From Alphaproteobacteria bacterium (GTDB taxonomy: Bacteria; Pseudomonadota; Alphaproteobacteria; UBA828), in assembly GCA_965220745.1 (NCBI GenBank), contig CBDCQT010000011.1:512001-576000 (forward strand): a stretch of DNA of 64,000 nt, read 5' to 3'. The notes under the pieces are model-generated. The model did no database searches. It was given only the letters and a program-made list of their open reading frames with translations, and was not told where the DNA came from. This document shows positions 14,453 to 23,744 of this stretch, in pieces (positions within the stretch are counted from its first letter, which is position 1; each line of letters begins with the position of its first letter). Position numbers and translations under genes: made by a program.

Positions 14453-15610
14453 CTAGTGGCAGTAGTTGACTGCGCCTGCGATGTGCGCGCCCCAGGGCTC
14501 CTCGCCCACGCCCTCGATCGTCGCGGTGACGGACTTCGCCTTCACGTCGATCACGGCGACCGTGTTGGCATCGCTCAGCGCGACATAGAGCTTGGTGCCG
14601 TCCGGCGTCACCACGCCGGTCTCGGGCGTGCCCGGCAGTGCGACCTCGCCGGCCGTCTGCATGGTCTCCAGGTCGATGATCAGCGCCTTGTCGTCGCCCC
14701 GGCTGATCACGTAGGCGAGGGTATCGAACCAGCCGGTGTTGACGCCGGTCATGTCGGCCGCGCCGGGGAGCCGCGCGACCTCGTCGAGCGTCTCGGTCGA
14801 GACCACCGAGACCGTCTCGTCGCCGTTGTTGGGGACGATCATGTAGCGCCCGTCGCTGGTGGTGAACGCGCGCCAGGGCGTGTCGCCCAGCGCCAGGTCC
14901 TTGAGCGTCCGGCCCGATTCCAGCTCGATTACGGCCATGCGGTCGCCCTCGCCGTAGGCCGCGAAGCCGAGGCGGCCGTCGGGCGTGGCGGTGACGTTGA
15001 TGATGCCCTGGTAAGCGGTGTCGTCGTCCTCGTGGTGCGCCAGCGCGCGGTCCGGCCCGATCACGATCTCGCCTGCGACCGTCGCCTGCGGCACGTCGAT
15101 CACGCTGACGAAGCTCGCCCCCAGGTTGCCGACGTAGAGGCGCTCGCCCGAGGGGTCGAAGGTCATGTTGTGGGGCTCGTGCAGCCCGTCCACGCGCGCG
15201 ACCTCGTGCTCGGACCCGAGCGAGACCAGCGAGACCGTGCCGTCGCCGATATTGCCGATGGCGGCCACCGCGCCGGAGGGGTCGAGCTCGATGTGCTCGG
15301 GCTCATGGCCGAGCTGGATGGTGGCCGACGTCTCGAGCGTCGCAAGGTCGATCACCGAAACGGTGTCGTCTGCGGTGTTGCTCACGATCATCTTGCCGAG
15401 GCTCTGGGAGACCGCGACCTGGTGCGGCACCTCGCCCACCGGGACATGCGCCACAACCGCGTCGGTGCGCGTGTCGATCACCGCCACGTCCGCCGAGGCC
15501 CGGTTGGGCACGAACACGTAGTTCGAGAGGTCGTCCAGCGCGTGCACGCTCGGCGCCGTCACGGCCAGCGCGGCGAGCGCACCGAGGCCCGCTGTCAACA
15601 GCTTGTTCAT
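14453..15610 (-). CDS. Exported YncE/YVTN-type beta-propeller protein
   Basis: Signal peptide; about 8 repeats of the type YVGN.G...VSVID / P..vavtPDG; ends GAVNYCH. Confidence 0.88.
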   Translation of the reverse strand: MNKLLTAGLGALAALAVTAPSVHALDDLSNYVFVPNRASADVAVIDTRTDAVVAHVPVGEVPHQVAVSQSLGKMIVSNTADDTVSVIDLATLETSATIQLGHEPEHIELDPSGAVAAIGNIGDGTVSLVSLGSEHEVARVDGLHEPHNMTFDPSGERLYVGNLGASFVSVIDVPQATVAGEIVIGPDRALAHHEDDDTAYQGIINVTATPDGRLGFAAYGEGDRMAVIELESGRTLKDLALGDTPWRAFTTSDGRYMIVPNNGDETVSVVSTETLDEVARLPGAADMTGVNTGWFDTLAYVISRGDDKALIIDLETMQTAGEVALPGTPETGVVTPDGTKLYVALSDANTVAVIDVKAKSVTATIEGVGEEPWGAHIAGAVNYCH

Positions 15611-15677
15611 TCCTTCCCCTCCTTGGGTTCGCGCGGGCGGTCGCCCGCCCCGCCGGCGGCGGCATGGACAGGCCGCC

Positions 15678-15707
15678 AGAATAGAAATCGCCGCAGGCAG
15701 GGGTCAA
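15678..15707 (-). promoter_or_regulatory. Putative sigma70 promoter of the beta-propeller operon
   Basis: Minus strand TTGACC-N18-TATTCT, about 70 nt upstream of ATG 15610. Confidence 0.45.
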
Positions 15708-16049
15708 GCGCGCGTGCTGGCTCACTCCGAAATTCTCGCCAGGGTCGTGCTCCGCGCGGTCTTGCGCGCGCTCCATGGGACGGGAAACTTAAATTTCATG
15801 CGGGACGCGCCGGGATTATGCGGGATAAGTGCGATGTCGCGCACGCGCGTCCCGCGAGCCAGAGTCGCGCAAGCTCGCAGGTTCTTGCGCGCAGCAATTG
15901 GGGGCTCGCGCGCGAAAGAAGAGGCCCGCGCGGCATCGAATCCCGCTCGTTCAAATGCCCCGGCTGTCGCGACCCGCTTGCTCTCGCACGTCATGACACA
16001 ACGGTGGCCCGCCCGCCTCGCCCTGTGCACCGCACCATCGTCCGGTGCG

Positions 16050-17474
16050 CTACTCCGCAGGGCGCACCCGCGCGATCCTGAGCGCGTTCGTGGTGCCGGG
16101 CGTGCCGAAGGGGACGCCGGCAGTGATGACGATGCGCTCGCCGGGCGCCGCATGGCCGGCCGCCAGCGCCTGAGCGCAGGCCTTCTCCACCATGTCGGTG
16201 AAGCCGGTAGCGTCGTCGGTGTGGACGCAGTGGACGCCCCAGAGGAGCGCAAGCCGGCGCGCGGTGCCGCGATCCGGCGTCAGCACGAGAATCGGCACCG
16301 GCGGGCGCTCACGCGCGGCCCGGAGCGCGGTCGAGCCCGATGTGGTGTAGGTCACGATGGCGGCGGCATCCAGGGTCTCCGCCACCTGGCGCGCCGCCGC
16401 CGTGATCGCATCGGCCGTCGTCGCCTCCGGGTCCTGCTGCTGCCAATCGACGTGGCGCCGATAGGAGGGGTCGCGCTCCACGCGCTCGACGATGCGGTTC
16501 ATCATCGCCACGGCTTCAATCGGATAGCGCCCGGCAGCGGATTCGCCGGAGAGCATGAGCGCATCGGCCCCGTCGTAGACCGCCGTCGCCACGTCCGAGG
16601 CTTCGGCGCGGGTCGGCGACGGCGCGTTGATCATGGAATCCAGCATCTGGGTCGCGATCACCACCGGCTTGCCCGCCTCCCGGGCCGCACGGACGATGCG
16701 CTTCTGCGCGGCCGGCACCTCCTCGGGCGCAAGCTCCACGCCGAGGTCGCCGCGCGCCACCATGATCGCGTCAGACAGCGCGACAACCTCCTCCAGGCAG
16801 TCGAGCGCCGCGGGCTTCTCCAGCTTGGCGACGATGGAGACACGATCCGGCACCAGGCGGCGGGCGGTCCTGACGTCCTCCGGCCCCTGGACGAAGGAGA
16901 GCGCCACCCAGTCGACCCCGAGCCCGAGGGCGAAGGCGAGGTCCTCGCGATCCTTCGGCGTGATCGCATCGATGGGGAGCGTCACGCCAGGCAGATTGAG
17001 GCCCTTGCGGTCGGAGAGGACGCCCGGCGTCACCGCCACGGTCTCGGCATGGACCGGCCCGCAGGCGGCAACGCGGAGCCGCACCCTGCCGTCATCGAGC
17101 AGGACCTCCGCGCCGGGCGCGAGCGCCGCAAAGATCTCCGGGTGCGGCACGGGCGCGCGGGTCTCGTCCCCCGGCTCTTGGCCGAGGGTGAGGGTGAAGC
17201 GCTGGCCCTGGACGAGCGCAATCTGGCCATCCTGGAACGTACCGATCCTGAGCTTCGGCCCCTGTAGGTCCGCAAGGATGCCGATGGGCCTGCCGACGTC
17301 ATCCTCGACCGCGCGAACCAGGGCGTGGCGGGCACGGTGCTCGGCACGGCTGGCGTGGCTGAAGTTGAGGCGGAACACGTCCACGCCGGTCTCGAACAGC
17401 GCGCGGACGGTCGCCTCGTCGGCGCTCGAAGGCCCGAGGGTCGCGACGATCTTGGCGCTGCGGTGACGTCGCAC
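16050..17474 (-). CDS. pyk: Pyruvate kinase (TtuE-like)
   Basis: KIVATLGPS, FRLNFSH, DLQGPKLR, MVARGDLGVE, ATQMLDSMI, MLSGESA. Confidence 0.96.
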   Translation of the reverse strand: MRRHRSAKIVATLGPSSADEATVRALFETGVDVFRLNFSHASRAEHRARHALVRAVEDDVGRPIGILADLQGPKLRIGTFQDGQIALVQGQRFTLTLGQEPGDETRAPVPHPEIFAALAPGAEVLLDDGRVRLRVAACGPVHAETVAVTPGVLSDRKGLNLPGVTLPIDAITPKDREDLAFALGLGVDWVALSFVQGPEDVRTARRLVPDRVSIVAKLEKPAALDCLEEVVALSDAIMVARGDLGVELAPEEVPAAQKRIVRAAREAGKPVVIATQMLDSMINAPSPTRAEASDVATAVYDGADALMLSGESAAGRYPIEAVAMMNRIVERVERDPSYRRHVDWQQQDPEATTADAITAAARQVAETLDAAAIVTYTTSGSTALRAARERPPVPILVLTPDRGTARRLALLWGVHCVHTDDATGFTDMVEKACAQALAAGHAAPGERIVITAGVPFGTPGTTNALRIARVRPAE

Positions 17475-17528
17475 GACTCGTGCCCCTGCGGTCTACCCGC
17501 CCCTATATCGGCACGGCGCCGCCGCCGG

Positions 17529-18773
17529 TCAACGGCTGACGAGGATGGCGCGGAAGTCGTTCACGTTGGTGAGCGTCGGACCGGTCATCACCAGGTCGCC
17601 GATCCCGGCAAAGAAGCCGTAGGCGTCGTTGGTAGCGAGCCGAGCGGCGGCGTCCTCCCCTGCGGCGCGGGCGCGGGCGAGCGTATCGGGCGTCACCAGG
17701 GCGCCGGCGTTGTCCTCGGTGCCGTCGATCCCGTCGGTATCGCAGGCGATGGCGAAGACGCCGGGCGCGCCGTCGAAGGCCGATGCCAGCGCAAGCGCAT
17801 ATTCGGCATTGGGGCCGCCGCGGCCCGCGCCTGTCACGGTCACCGTGGCCTCGCCGCCGGAGAGCAGCACCGTGCCGGGCGCCGCATCGCGCGCAAGCTG
17901 CGCGTGCTCGCGGGCAAGAACTCGTGCCTCGCCCTCCAGCGCATCGCCCAGGATCACGGGCTCGTAGCCGGCCGCGCGCGCGACCCCGGCAGCGGCGGCG
18001 AGCGCCATCGCGGGCGTCGCCACCATCCGGGTCTCGGCCGCTGCCAGCCGGGGGTCGCTTTGCTTCGGCGTCTCCTCCGCCCCGCTTTCGAGATGCCGGA
18101 TGAGGGCGGCGGGCTCGTCGATCCCGTACTTCTGCAGCACGGCCAGCGCGTCGGCGAAGGTGGTGGGGTCGGGCACGGTGGGGCCCGAGCCGATCACGGC
18201 TGGATCGTCGCCCGGCACGTCGGAGATCAGGAGGCTCACCACCCGCGCGGGATGGCAGGCCGCCCCGAGCCGCCCGCCCTTGATGGCGGAGAGGTGCTTG
18301 CGCACGGCATTGATCTCGTCGATGGCGGCGCCCGAGCGCAGCAGCGCGCCGGTCATCGCCTGCTTGTCGGCGAGTTCGATACCGGGCGCCGGCAGGGTGA
18401 GCAGCGCCGAGCCGCCGCCGGAAATCAGGCAGAGGGCGAGATCGTCCGCGCCCAGGCCCTCCGCCAGAGAAAGGTTGCGGGCCGCGGCCTCGCGCCCACC
18501 GGCGTCCGGCACCGGGTGCGCAGCCTCGACCACCTCGATCTTTGCCGTGGATACGCGGTGGCCGTAGCGGGTGACGACGAGGCCCTCCAGCGGGCCATCC
18601 CAATGCTCTTCCACCGCCCGCGCCATGGTCGCGGCGGCCTTGCCGGCACCGACGACCACGGTGCGGCCCGCAGGCGGCTCGGGCAGATGCGGGGGCACGC
18701 ACCGGGCCGGCTGAGCGCTCGCGAGCGCCGCATCCAGCAGGCGGCGAAGCACGCGCCTCGGGTCTTCGCTCAT
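17529..18773 (-). CDS. Glycerate 2-kinase, MOFRL family (TtuD-like)
   Basis: GAGKAA, AAHPVPD, LISGGGSAL, RKHLSAIKGG, DTDGIDG, TGPTLTNVND. Confidence 0.93.
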   Translation of the reverse strand: MSEDPRRVLRRLLDAALASAQPARCVPPHLPEPPAGRTVVVGAGKAAATMARAVEEHWDGPLEGLVVTRYGHRVSTAKIEVVEAAHPVPDAGGREAAARNLSLAEGLGADDLALCLISGGGSALLTLPAPGIELADKQAMTGALLRSGAAIDEINAVRKHLSAIKGGRLGAACHPARVVSLLISDVPGDDPAVIGSGPTVPDPTTFADALAVLQKYGIDEPAALIRHLESGAEETPKQSDPRLAAAETRMVATPAMALAAAAGVARAAGYEPVILGDALEGEARVLAREHAQLARDAAPGTVLLSGGEATVTVTGAGRGGPNAEYALALASAFDGAPGVFAIACDTDGIDGTEDNAGALVTPDTLARARAAGEDAAARLATNDAYGFFAGIGDLVMTGPTLTNVNDFRAILVSR

Positions 18774-18902
18774 GGCTCACCATGCCAGAGCCGCCGGCAG
18801 GCGTCATCCGCCGCACGGCAAGCGCCGGAACGCTCGACGCGCTACCATGCCGGCGCACGTCGCCCGGCAACGGCATGGTTCGGGTGATACGGGAGCCCGC
18901 CC

Positions 18903-19790
18903 ATGACCCCTGCCCGCCGCGGCCTGCTCCTCGGCGCTGTCCTCGCGACCATCTCCGGCCTCTGCTTCAGCACCGGCGGATTCTTCGTCCGCTCGGTGTC
19001 GGTCGATCCCTGGGAGATCATCTCGGTCCGCTGCTTCTTCGCCGGGCTCGGCGTGCTCCTGATCCTCTTCGTGAGCGAGCGGGGCCGGGTGTGGCCGGTG
19101 CTGCGCGCCTCGGGCTGGCCGGTGGTCGCGGTGGGCGTCGCCACCGCCTGGGGGATCATCGCCTACGTGCTGTCGATGCAATACACCCTCGTCGCCAACG
19201 TGATCGCGATCATGACGACGTCCACCGTCATGGTGGCCCTGCTGGCGAAGCCGGTGCTGGGCGAGCCGGTCGCGCTCAGAACCTGGCTCGCGCTGCTGGG
19301 CAGCCTCTGCGGCGTCGGCGTCATGTTCTGGAGCGACGTGGGCAGCGGCGGCATCATCGGCAACCTGCTCGCGCTCTCCATCGCCGCCGCGATCGCGCTC
19401 CAGACCCTGATCGCGCGGCGTTTCCGCACCGGGCGGATGGAGCCGGCGGTGCTGATGGCGGCGGTGATCGCGGGTCTCGCCTCGCTGCCGCTGGCGCTGC
19501 CGTTCGACGCCACGGCGCGGGAAGTCGGGTTCATGGCCGCCCTCGGCCTGGTGCAGCTCGCCTCGGCGCTCACCCTCTACTTCTACGCCGCGCGCTACCT
19601 GCCCGCGCCGATCCTGATCTTCGTCGTGCTGATCGATGCGGTCTTCGCGCCGATCTGGGTCTGGCTCGGCTTCGGCGAGGTGCCCGGCACGCTGGTCTTC
19701 ATCGGCGCCGTGGTGATCCTGGCTTCGGTGGCGGGCAACGCCCTCTTCGGGGTGTTCGCCGCACGCCGGGACCCGCCAGCCGAGAGCTAA
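18903..19790 (+). CDS. DMT/EamA family transporter
   Basis: About 10 TM segments in two repeats; LGEPV and APIWVWLGFGEVP motifs. Confidence 0.88.
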   Translation: MTPARRGLLLGAVLATISGLCFSTGGFFVRSVSVDPWEIISVRCFFAGLGVLLILFVSERGRVWPVLRASGWPVVAVGVATAWGIIAYVLSMQYTLVANVIAIMTTSTVMVALLAKPVLGEPVALRTWLALLGSLCGVGVMFWSDVGSGGIIGNLLALSIAAAIALQTLIARRFRTGRMEPAVLMAAVIAGLASLPLALPFDATAREVGFMAALGLVQLASALTLYFYAARYLPAPILIFVVLIDAVFAPIWVWLGFGEVPGTLVFIGAVVILASVAGNALFGVFAARRDPPAES

Positions 19791-20659
19791 CCCGCGCGGC
19801 GTCCGTGGGTGATGGTGCCGAAGGTCACGCCCCTGAGAAGTTGGTTCTGCAGCACGAACGTCACCACCACCACCGGGATCAGGAACAGCGTCTCGATCGC
19901 GGCCAGCCTGCCCCAGTCCACGCCGATGCCGCTGCCGAGGCTCCCCCCTATGCCGACCGGTACGGTGCGCGTCTCCGGCCCTGTGAGCAGCAGCGCCATC
20001 AGGAACTCGTTCCAGGTGAGGATCAGGCCCAGCGTCGCGGTCGCCGCGATGCCGGCCTTCACCTGCGGCAGGCAGACGCGGAAGAAGACCCGCCACTCCG
20101 AGCTTCCTTCGGTCCGCGCGGCGTCTTCCACCGCGCGCGGCAGGTCGTCGAAGAAGCTCTTCATCATCCAGATGGCGAACGGCAGGTTGAACGCGGTGTA
20201 GAGCAGGATGATGCCGAGGTAGCTGCCGGCCAGCCCGGTCATGCGGAAGATCACGAAGAGCGGGATGATGAGGACGATGGGCGGCAGCATTCGCGTGGTC
20301 AGGATGACGAGCAGATAGGTGTCGTTACCGCGTAGAGGCCAGCGCGAGAAACCGTAGGCCGCGCCGGTGCCGAGGATCAGCGCAAGCCCCACGCTCGCGC
20401 CCGAGATCACGATGCTGTTGACGAAGTAGAGCTCGAACCCCGTCTCGACCAGCGCGCCGCCCTCGTAGTGCACGCGCGCGAAGATGTTGGCGAAGTTGTC
20501 GAGGGTGGGCGTAAAGGCCAGCGTCGAGGAGAGGATATCGCGCGGGCTCTTGAACGCCGTCAGCACGATCCAGAGCACCGGCAGGAAGTAGACGAAGCCG
20601 ACAACGGTGCAGAGCGCGGTGCGCCCCCAGCCGGCCCTATCGATCGCGCGCCGCCTCAT
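19787..20659 (-). CDS. Orphan carbohydrate ABC permease (MalG-like)
   Basis: RMLPPI, NLPFAIWMMKSFFDDLP..VEDAARTEG, TWNEFL; ATG overlaps the upstream gene's TGA (ATGA). Confidence 0.88.
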   Translation of the reverse strand: MRRRAIDRAGWGRTALCTVVGFVYFLPVLWIVLTAFKSPRDILSSTLAFTPTLDNFANIFARVHYEGGALVETGFELYFVNSIVISGASVGLALILGTGAAYGFSRWPLRGNDTYLLVILTTRMLPPIVLIIPLFVIFRMTGLAGSYLGIILLYTAFNLPFAIWMMKSFFDDLPRAVEDAARTEGSSEWRVFFRVCLPQVKAGIAATATLGLILTWNEFLMALLLTGPETRTVPVGIGGSLGSGIGVDWGRLAAIETLFLIPVVVVTFVLQNQLLRGVTFGTITHGRRAG

Positions 20660-21198
20660 CCTCTTGCCGCCTCGCGCGCCTCGCGCGCGGCGTCCGCCAC
20701 TCTGCGCCAGAACGTCTCGTCCCACCAGCGCCGCGCGGCGCCGGAGGTGGAGGGCAGCACGTGGATTGCGGTCCGGCCGATGTGGCGCGCTTGCTCGCCA
20801 TAGTCGAGGGTCTCGGCGCCGAGAAAGACGCGTGCCGCCCGCTTGCCGTTGAAGGCCAGGACCGCGGGCCGGTATTGCTCGATCTTCGCGGTGAGCGCGG
20901 CGGCATCGTCGGCGTGTCGGGAGAGATCGGTGTCCGCGCCCGATTCCGTCTTGCAGAGGTCGGTGAGGCCGATGCCGTAGCGCAGCACGGTGCGGAAGTC
21001 GGCGGGCGCCAGCAGTTGCGGCGTCAGCCCCACGCGGTGGAGCGTCGGCCAGAAGCGGTTGCCGGGGCCGGCATAGTAGGCGCCGACGCGGGCCGAGACC
21101 GCGCCTGCCGCCGAGCCGCAGAAGACGACGCGCAGACCGGGGCCCAGCACGTCGGGCAGGACATCCGCCGGGTCAGTGGCAGCCATGGGCCTGGGCAT
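20656..21198 (-). CDS. Mismatch-specific uracil DNA glycosylase (UDG family 2, MUG-like)
   Basis: LPDVLGPGLRVVFCG, YYAGPGNRFW, GIGLTDL, AFNGK, LPSTSGA; motif 1 is GSAAG rather than GINPG. Confidence 0.88.
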   Translation of the reverse strand: MPRPMAATDPADVLPDVLGPGLRVVFCGSAAGAVSARVGAYYAGPGNRFWPTLHRVGLTPQLLAPADFRTVLRYGIGLTDLCKTESGADTDLSRHADDAAALTAKIEQYRPAVLAFNGKRAARVFLGAETLDYGEQARHIGRTAIHVLPSTSGAARRWWDETFWRRVADAAREAREAARG

Positions 21199-21270
21199 CC
21201 CTCCTCTTGCGCTCGCCAGCGCGCTCTATCATAGACAGCCTGCGTTAGACGACAGCGACGGAGCGGCACG

Positions 21271-22530
21271 GTGCGGAACTTCAAGGTGGACGGCGATCGC
21301 CTGTGGGCGAGCCTCATGGAGATGGCGAAGATCGGCGCGACGGAGAAGGGCGGCGTCTGCCGGCTTGCGCTCACCGATGTGGACAAGGCGGCGCGTGATC
21401 TCTTCGTCCAATGGTGCGAGGAGGCCGGTTGCACCGTCAGCGTCGACAAGATGGGCAACATCTTCGCGCGCCGGGCGGGCAAGGACGACACGCTCCCGCC
21501 CGTGATGACCGGCAGCCATATCGACAGCCAGCCCACGGGAGGCAAGTTCGACGGCATCTACGGCGTGCTCGCAGGTCTCGAGGTGATCCGCACCCTCAAC
21601 GACCTCGGCTACGAGACCGACGCACCCATCGAGGTCTCGGCCTGGACCAACGAGGAAGGCTCGCGCTTCGCGCCGGCGATGGTCGCTTCCGGCGTCTTCG
21701 GCGGCGTCTTCACGCTGGAAGAAGGACTTGCCTGCGCGGATGTCGACGGCAAGACCATCGGCGAGGAGCTCGAGCGCATCGGCTATGCGGGCGAGATGGA
21801 GTGCGGCGGGCGCGAGGTCGGCGCCTTCTTCGAAGCCCACATCGAGCAGGGGCCGATCCTCGAAGCGGAGGAGAAGACAATCGGCATCGTGCAGGGGGTG
21901 CAGGGCATCAGCTGGTTCGACGTGACCGTGACCGGCATGGAATCCCACGCCGGCACCACGCCGATGGAGCGCCGCAAGGACGCGATGGTGGGTGCCGCGA
22001 TGCTGGTCGCGGCGATCGATCAGCTCGCGCTGGACAACGCGCCCGACGCCCGCTCGACCATCGGCGTCATGCGGGTGAGTCCCAACTCGCGCAACGTGAT
22101 TCCCGGCTCGGTCTACTTCTCGGTGGACCTGCGCCACCCGGACCCCGACACGCTGGCGGCCATGACCGCAGAGGCGCAGCGCCAGGCAGCGGCGCTTGCG
22201 GCCGAGCGCGGTCTGGAGATCACCTTCGAGGAGATCTGGCATTCGCCGCCCATCAAGTTCGCCGCCGATTGCGTCGGCGCCGTGCAGAACGCGGCGGAGT
22301 CCCTCGGCTACGCCAACCAGCCGATCACCTCCGGCGCGGGCCACGATGCGGTCTACGTCTCGCGCGTCGCTCCCACCGGCATGATCTTCATCCCCTGCGA
22401 GGACGGCATCAGCCACAACGAGATCGAGGCAGCGACCCAGGCCGATGTCGCCGCCGGCTGCGACGTGCTGCTCAATGCGATGGTCGCGCTTGCCACCCGC
22501 AACGAGGGCGAGGCCCGCGAGGGCGCGTAA
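21271..22530 (+). CDS. M20 family N-carbamoyl-amino acid/ureido amidohydrolase (PydC/HyuC/AllC-like)
   Basis: GSHIDSQPTGGKFDG, WTNEEGSRF, EAHIEQGP, HAGTTPM, SGAGHDA, GISHNE. Confidence 0.93.
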   Translation: MRNFKVDGDRLWASLMEMAKIGATEKGGVCRLALTDVDKAARDLFVQWCEEAGCTVSVDKMGNIFARRAGKDDTLPPVMTGSHIDSQPTGGKFDGIYGVLAGLEVIRTLNDLGYETDAPIEVSAWTNEEGSRFAPAMVASGVFGGVFTLEEGLACADVDGKTIGEELERIGYAGEMECGGREVGAFFEAHIEQGPILEAEEKTIGIVQGVQGISWFDVTVTGMESHAGTTPMERRKDAMVGAAMLVAAIDQLALDNAPDARSTIGVMRVSPNSRNVIPGSVYFSVDLRHPDPDTLAAMTAEAQRQAAALAAERGLEITFEEIWHSPPIKFAADCVGAVQNAAESLGYANQPITSGAGHDAVYVSRVAPTGMIFIPCEDGISHNEIEAATQADVAAGCDVLLNAMVALATRNEGEAREGA

Positions 22531-22539
22531 TCCAGGCCA

Positions 22540-23577
22540 CTATCCCGCGATCTCGCGGCGGACGATGGCGGCGCCCTCCACCATCGCCCTGAGCTTGCCG
22601 AACGCGGTTTGCCGCGTGAGGTACTTCATGCCGCAATCGGGCGCGGCGACGAGGCGGTCCGCCGGCACCACCACGAGCGCCTCGCGCAGCCGGGCCGCCA
22701 CGGTCTCCGGCCGCTCGATGGCGGGATCGTTCATGTCGATCACGCCGTAGAGGATCTCCTTGGACGGCAGGTGAGCGAGAATCGCCGGATCGAGGCCCGG
22801 CTGGGCCGCCTCAATGGAGATTTGGTCTGCCGCCGTTGCCTCCAGCTCCGGCAGGAAGGAATAGCCTGAGGGCTTCTCCGTCTTGATCACGGCCGCGTAG
22901 CCGAAGCAGAGGTGCAGCGCGGTCTTGCCGTCCACACCCTCCAGCGCCCGGTTGATCGCCTTCACCGCGTAGCCGCGCGCCGCCTCGGGCCGGGCCTGCA
23001 CGTAGGGCTCGTCGAGCTGCACGATGTCGGCGCCGGCGGCGAAGAGGTCCTTGATCTCCTCGTTCACCGCGTCGGCATAGTCCATGGCGAGGCTCTCGTC
23101 GTCCGGGTAATAGGCATTCTCCGCCTGCTGGGTCATGGTGAAAGGGCCGGGCAGCGTGATCTTGATCGCGCGCTCCGTGTTGGCGCGCAGGAACTTGACG
23201 TCGTCCACCTCGATGGGGCGCTCGCGCCGGATCGGTCCTGAGACGAGAGGCACGGGCGCGGGATTGCCCGTGCGGTCCATGTGCGTGCCGCTCCGCTCCC
23301 TGTCGATACCGCCGAGCGCGGTGGCGACCCGGTTGGAATAGCTCTCGCGCCTGATCTCGCCGTCGCTGATGACGTCGAGTCCGGCGCGCTCCTGGTCCCG
23401 GATCGCGGCCAGCGTCGCCGCCTCCTGCGCCTCTTCCAGATGTTCGGGCGGGATGCGCCAGATTTCGTGCGCGCGCACCCTGGGCGGCAGCCGGTTCACC
23501 AGATTGTCCCGGTCGACAAGCCACTCCGGCTGCGGATAGCTGCCGACGACGGCGGTGGTCAGCACGGTCTCGCTCAT
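22540..23577 (-). CDS. Cobalamin-independent methionine synthase-like single-domain Zn thiol alkyltransferase
   Basis: VVGSYPQP, DVISDGEIRR, VQLDEP; Zn ligands LHLCFG and APDCGM; only one MetE barrel. Confidence 0.88.
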   Translation of the reverse strand: MSETVLTTAVVGSYPQPEWLVDRDNLVNRLPPRVRAHEIWRIPPEHLEEAQEAATLAAIRDQERAGLDVISDGEIRRESYSNRVATALGGIDRERSGTHMDRTGNPAPVPLVSGPIRRERPIEVDDVKFLRANTERAIKITLPGPFTMTQQAENAYYPDDESLAMDYADAVNEEIKDLFAAGADIVQLDEPYVQARPEAARGYAVKAINRALEGVDGKTALHLCFGYAAVIKTEKPSGYSFLPELEATAADQISIEAAQPGLDPAILAHLPSKEILYGVIDMNDPAIERPETVAARLREALVVVPADRLVAAPDCGMKYLTRQTAFGKLRAMVEGAAIVRREIAG

Positions 23578-23744
23578 GGCATCCGTCCCGGTCGTTGCTC
23601 AAGATCAGGCCGCCCCGGCGGCCTCGGCCACCACAGCCTACCGCTTGGGCGCAGTATTGCCACATTGATCCTCTACCCCGAGGCTTAGGAATCCCGTTAG
23701 TCTGGGGTGGCGCCTGCGCGCGGAACAGCACGGAGTGAGGGGCG

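Noticed and set aside
14453-14470. Terminal YCH as a heme c site or cytochrome cd1
   Set aside because: The first Cys of CxxCH is missing and no nir genes are nearby
15720-16045. Long intergenic region as a possible cobalamin or metal riboswitch (GCGGGACGCGC..GCGCGTCCCGC stem)
   Set aside because: No B12 box or other recognisable aptamer consensus, and it lies upstream of the putative promoter; an Rfam search would be needed
17503-18876. 457-aa same-strand alternative frame over the glycerate kinase (likewise 21411-22592 and 35051-36028)
   Set aside because: Arg/Gly/Pro-rich off-frame translations typical of GC-rich DNA
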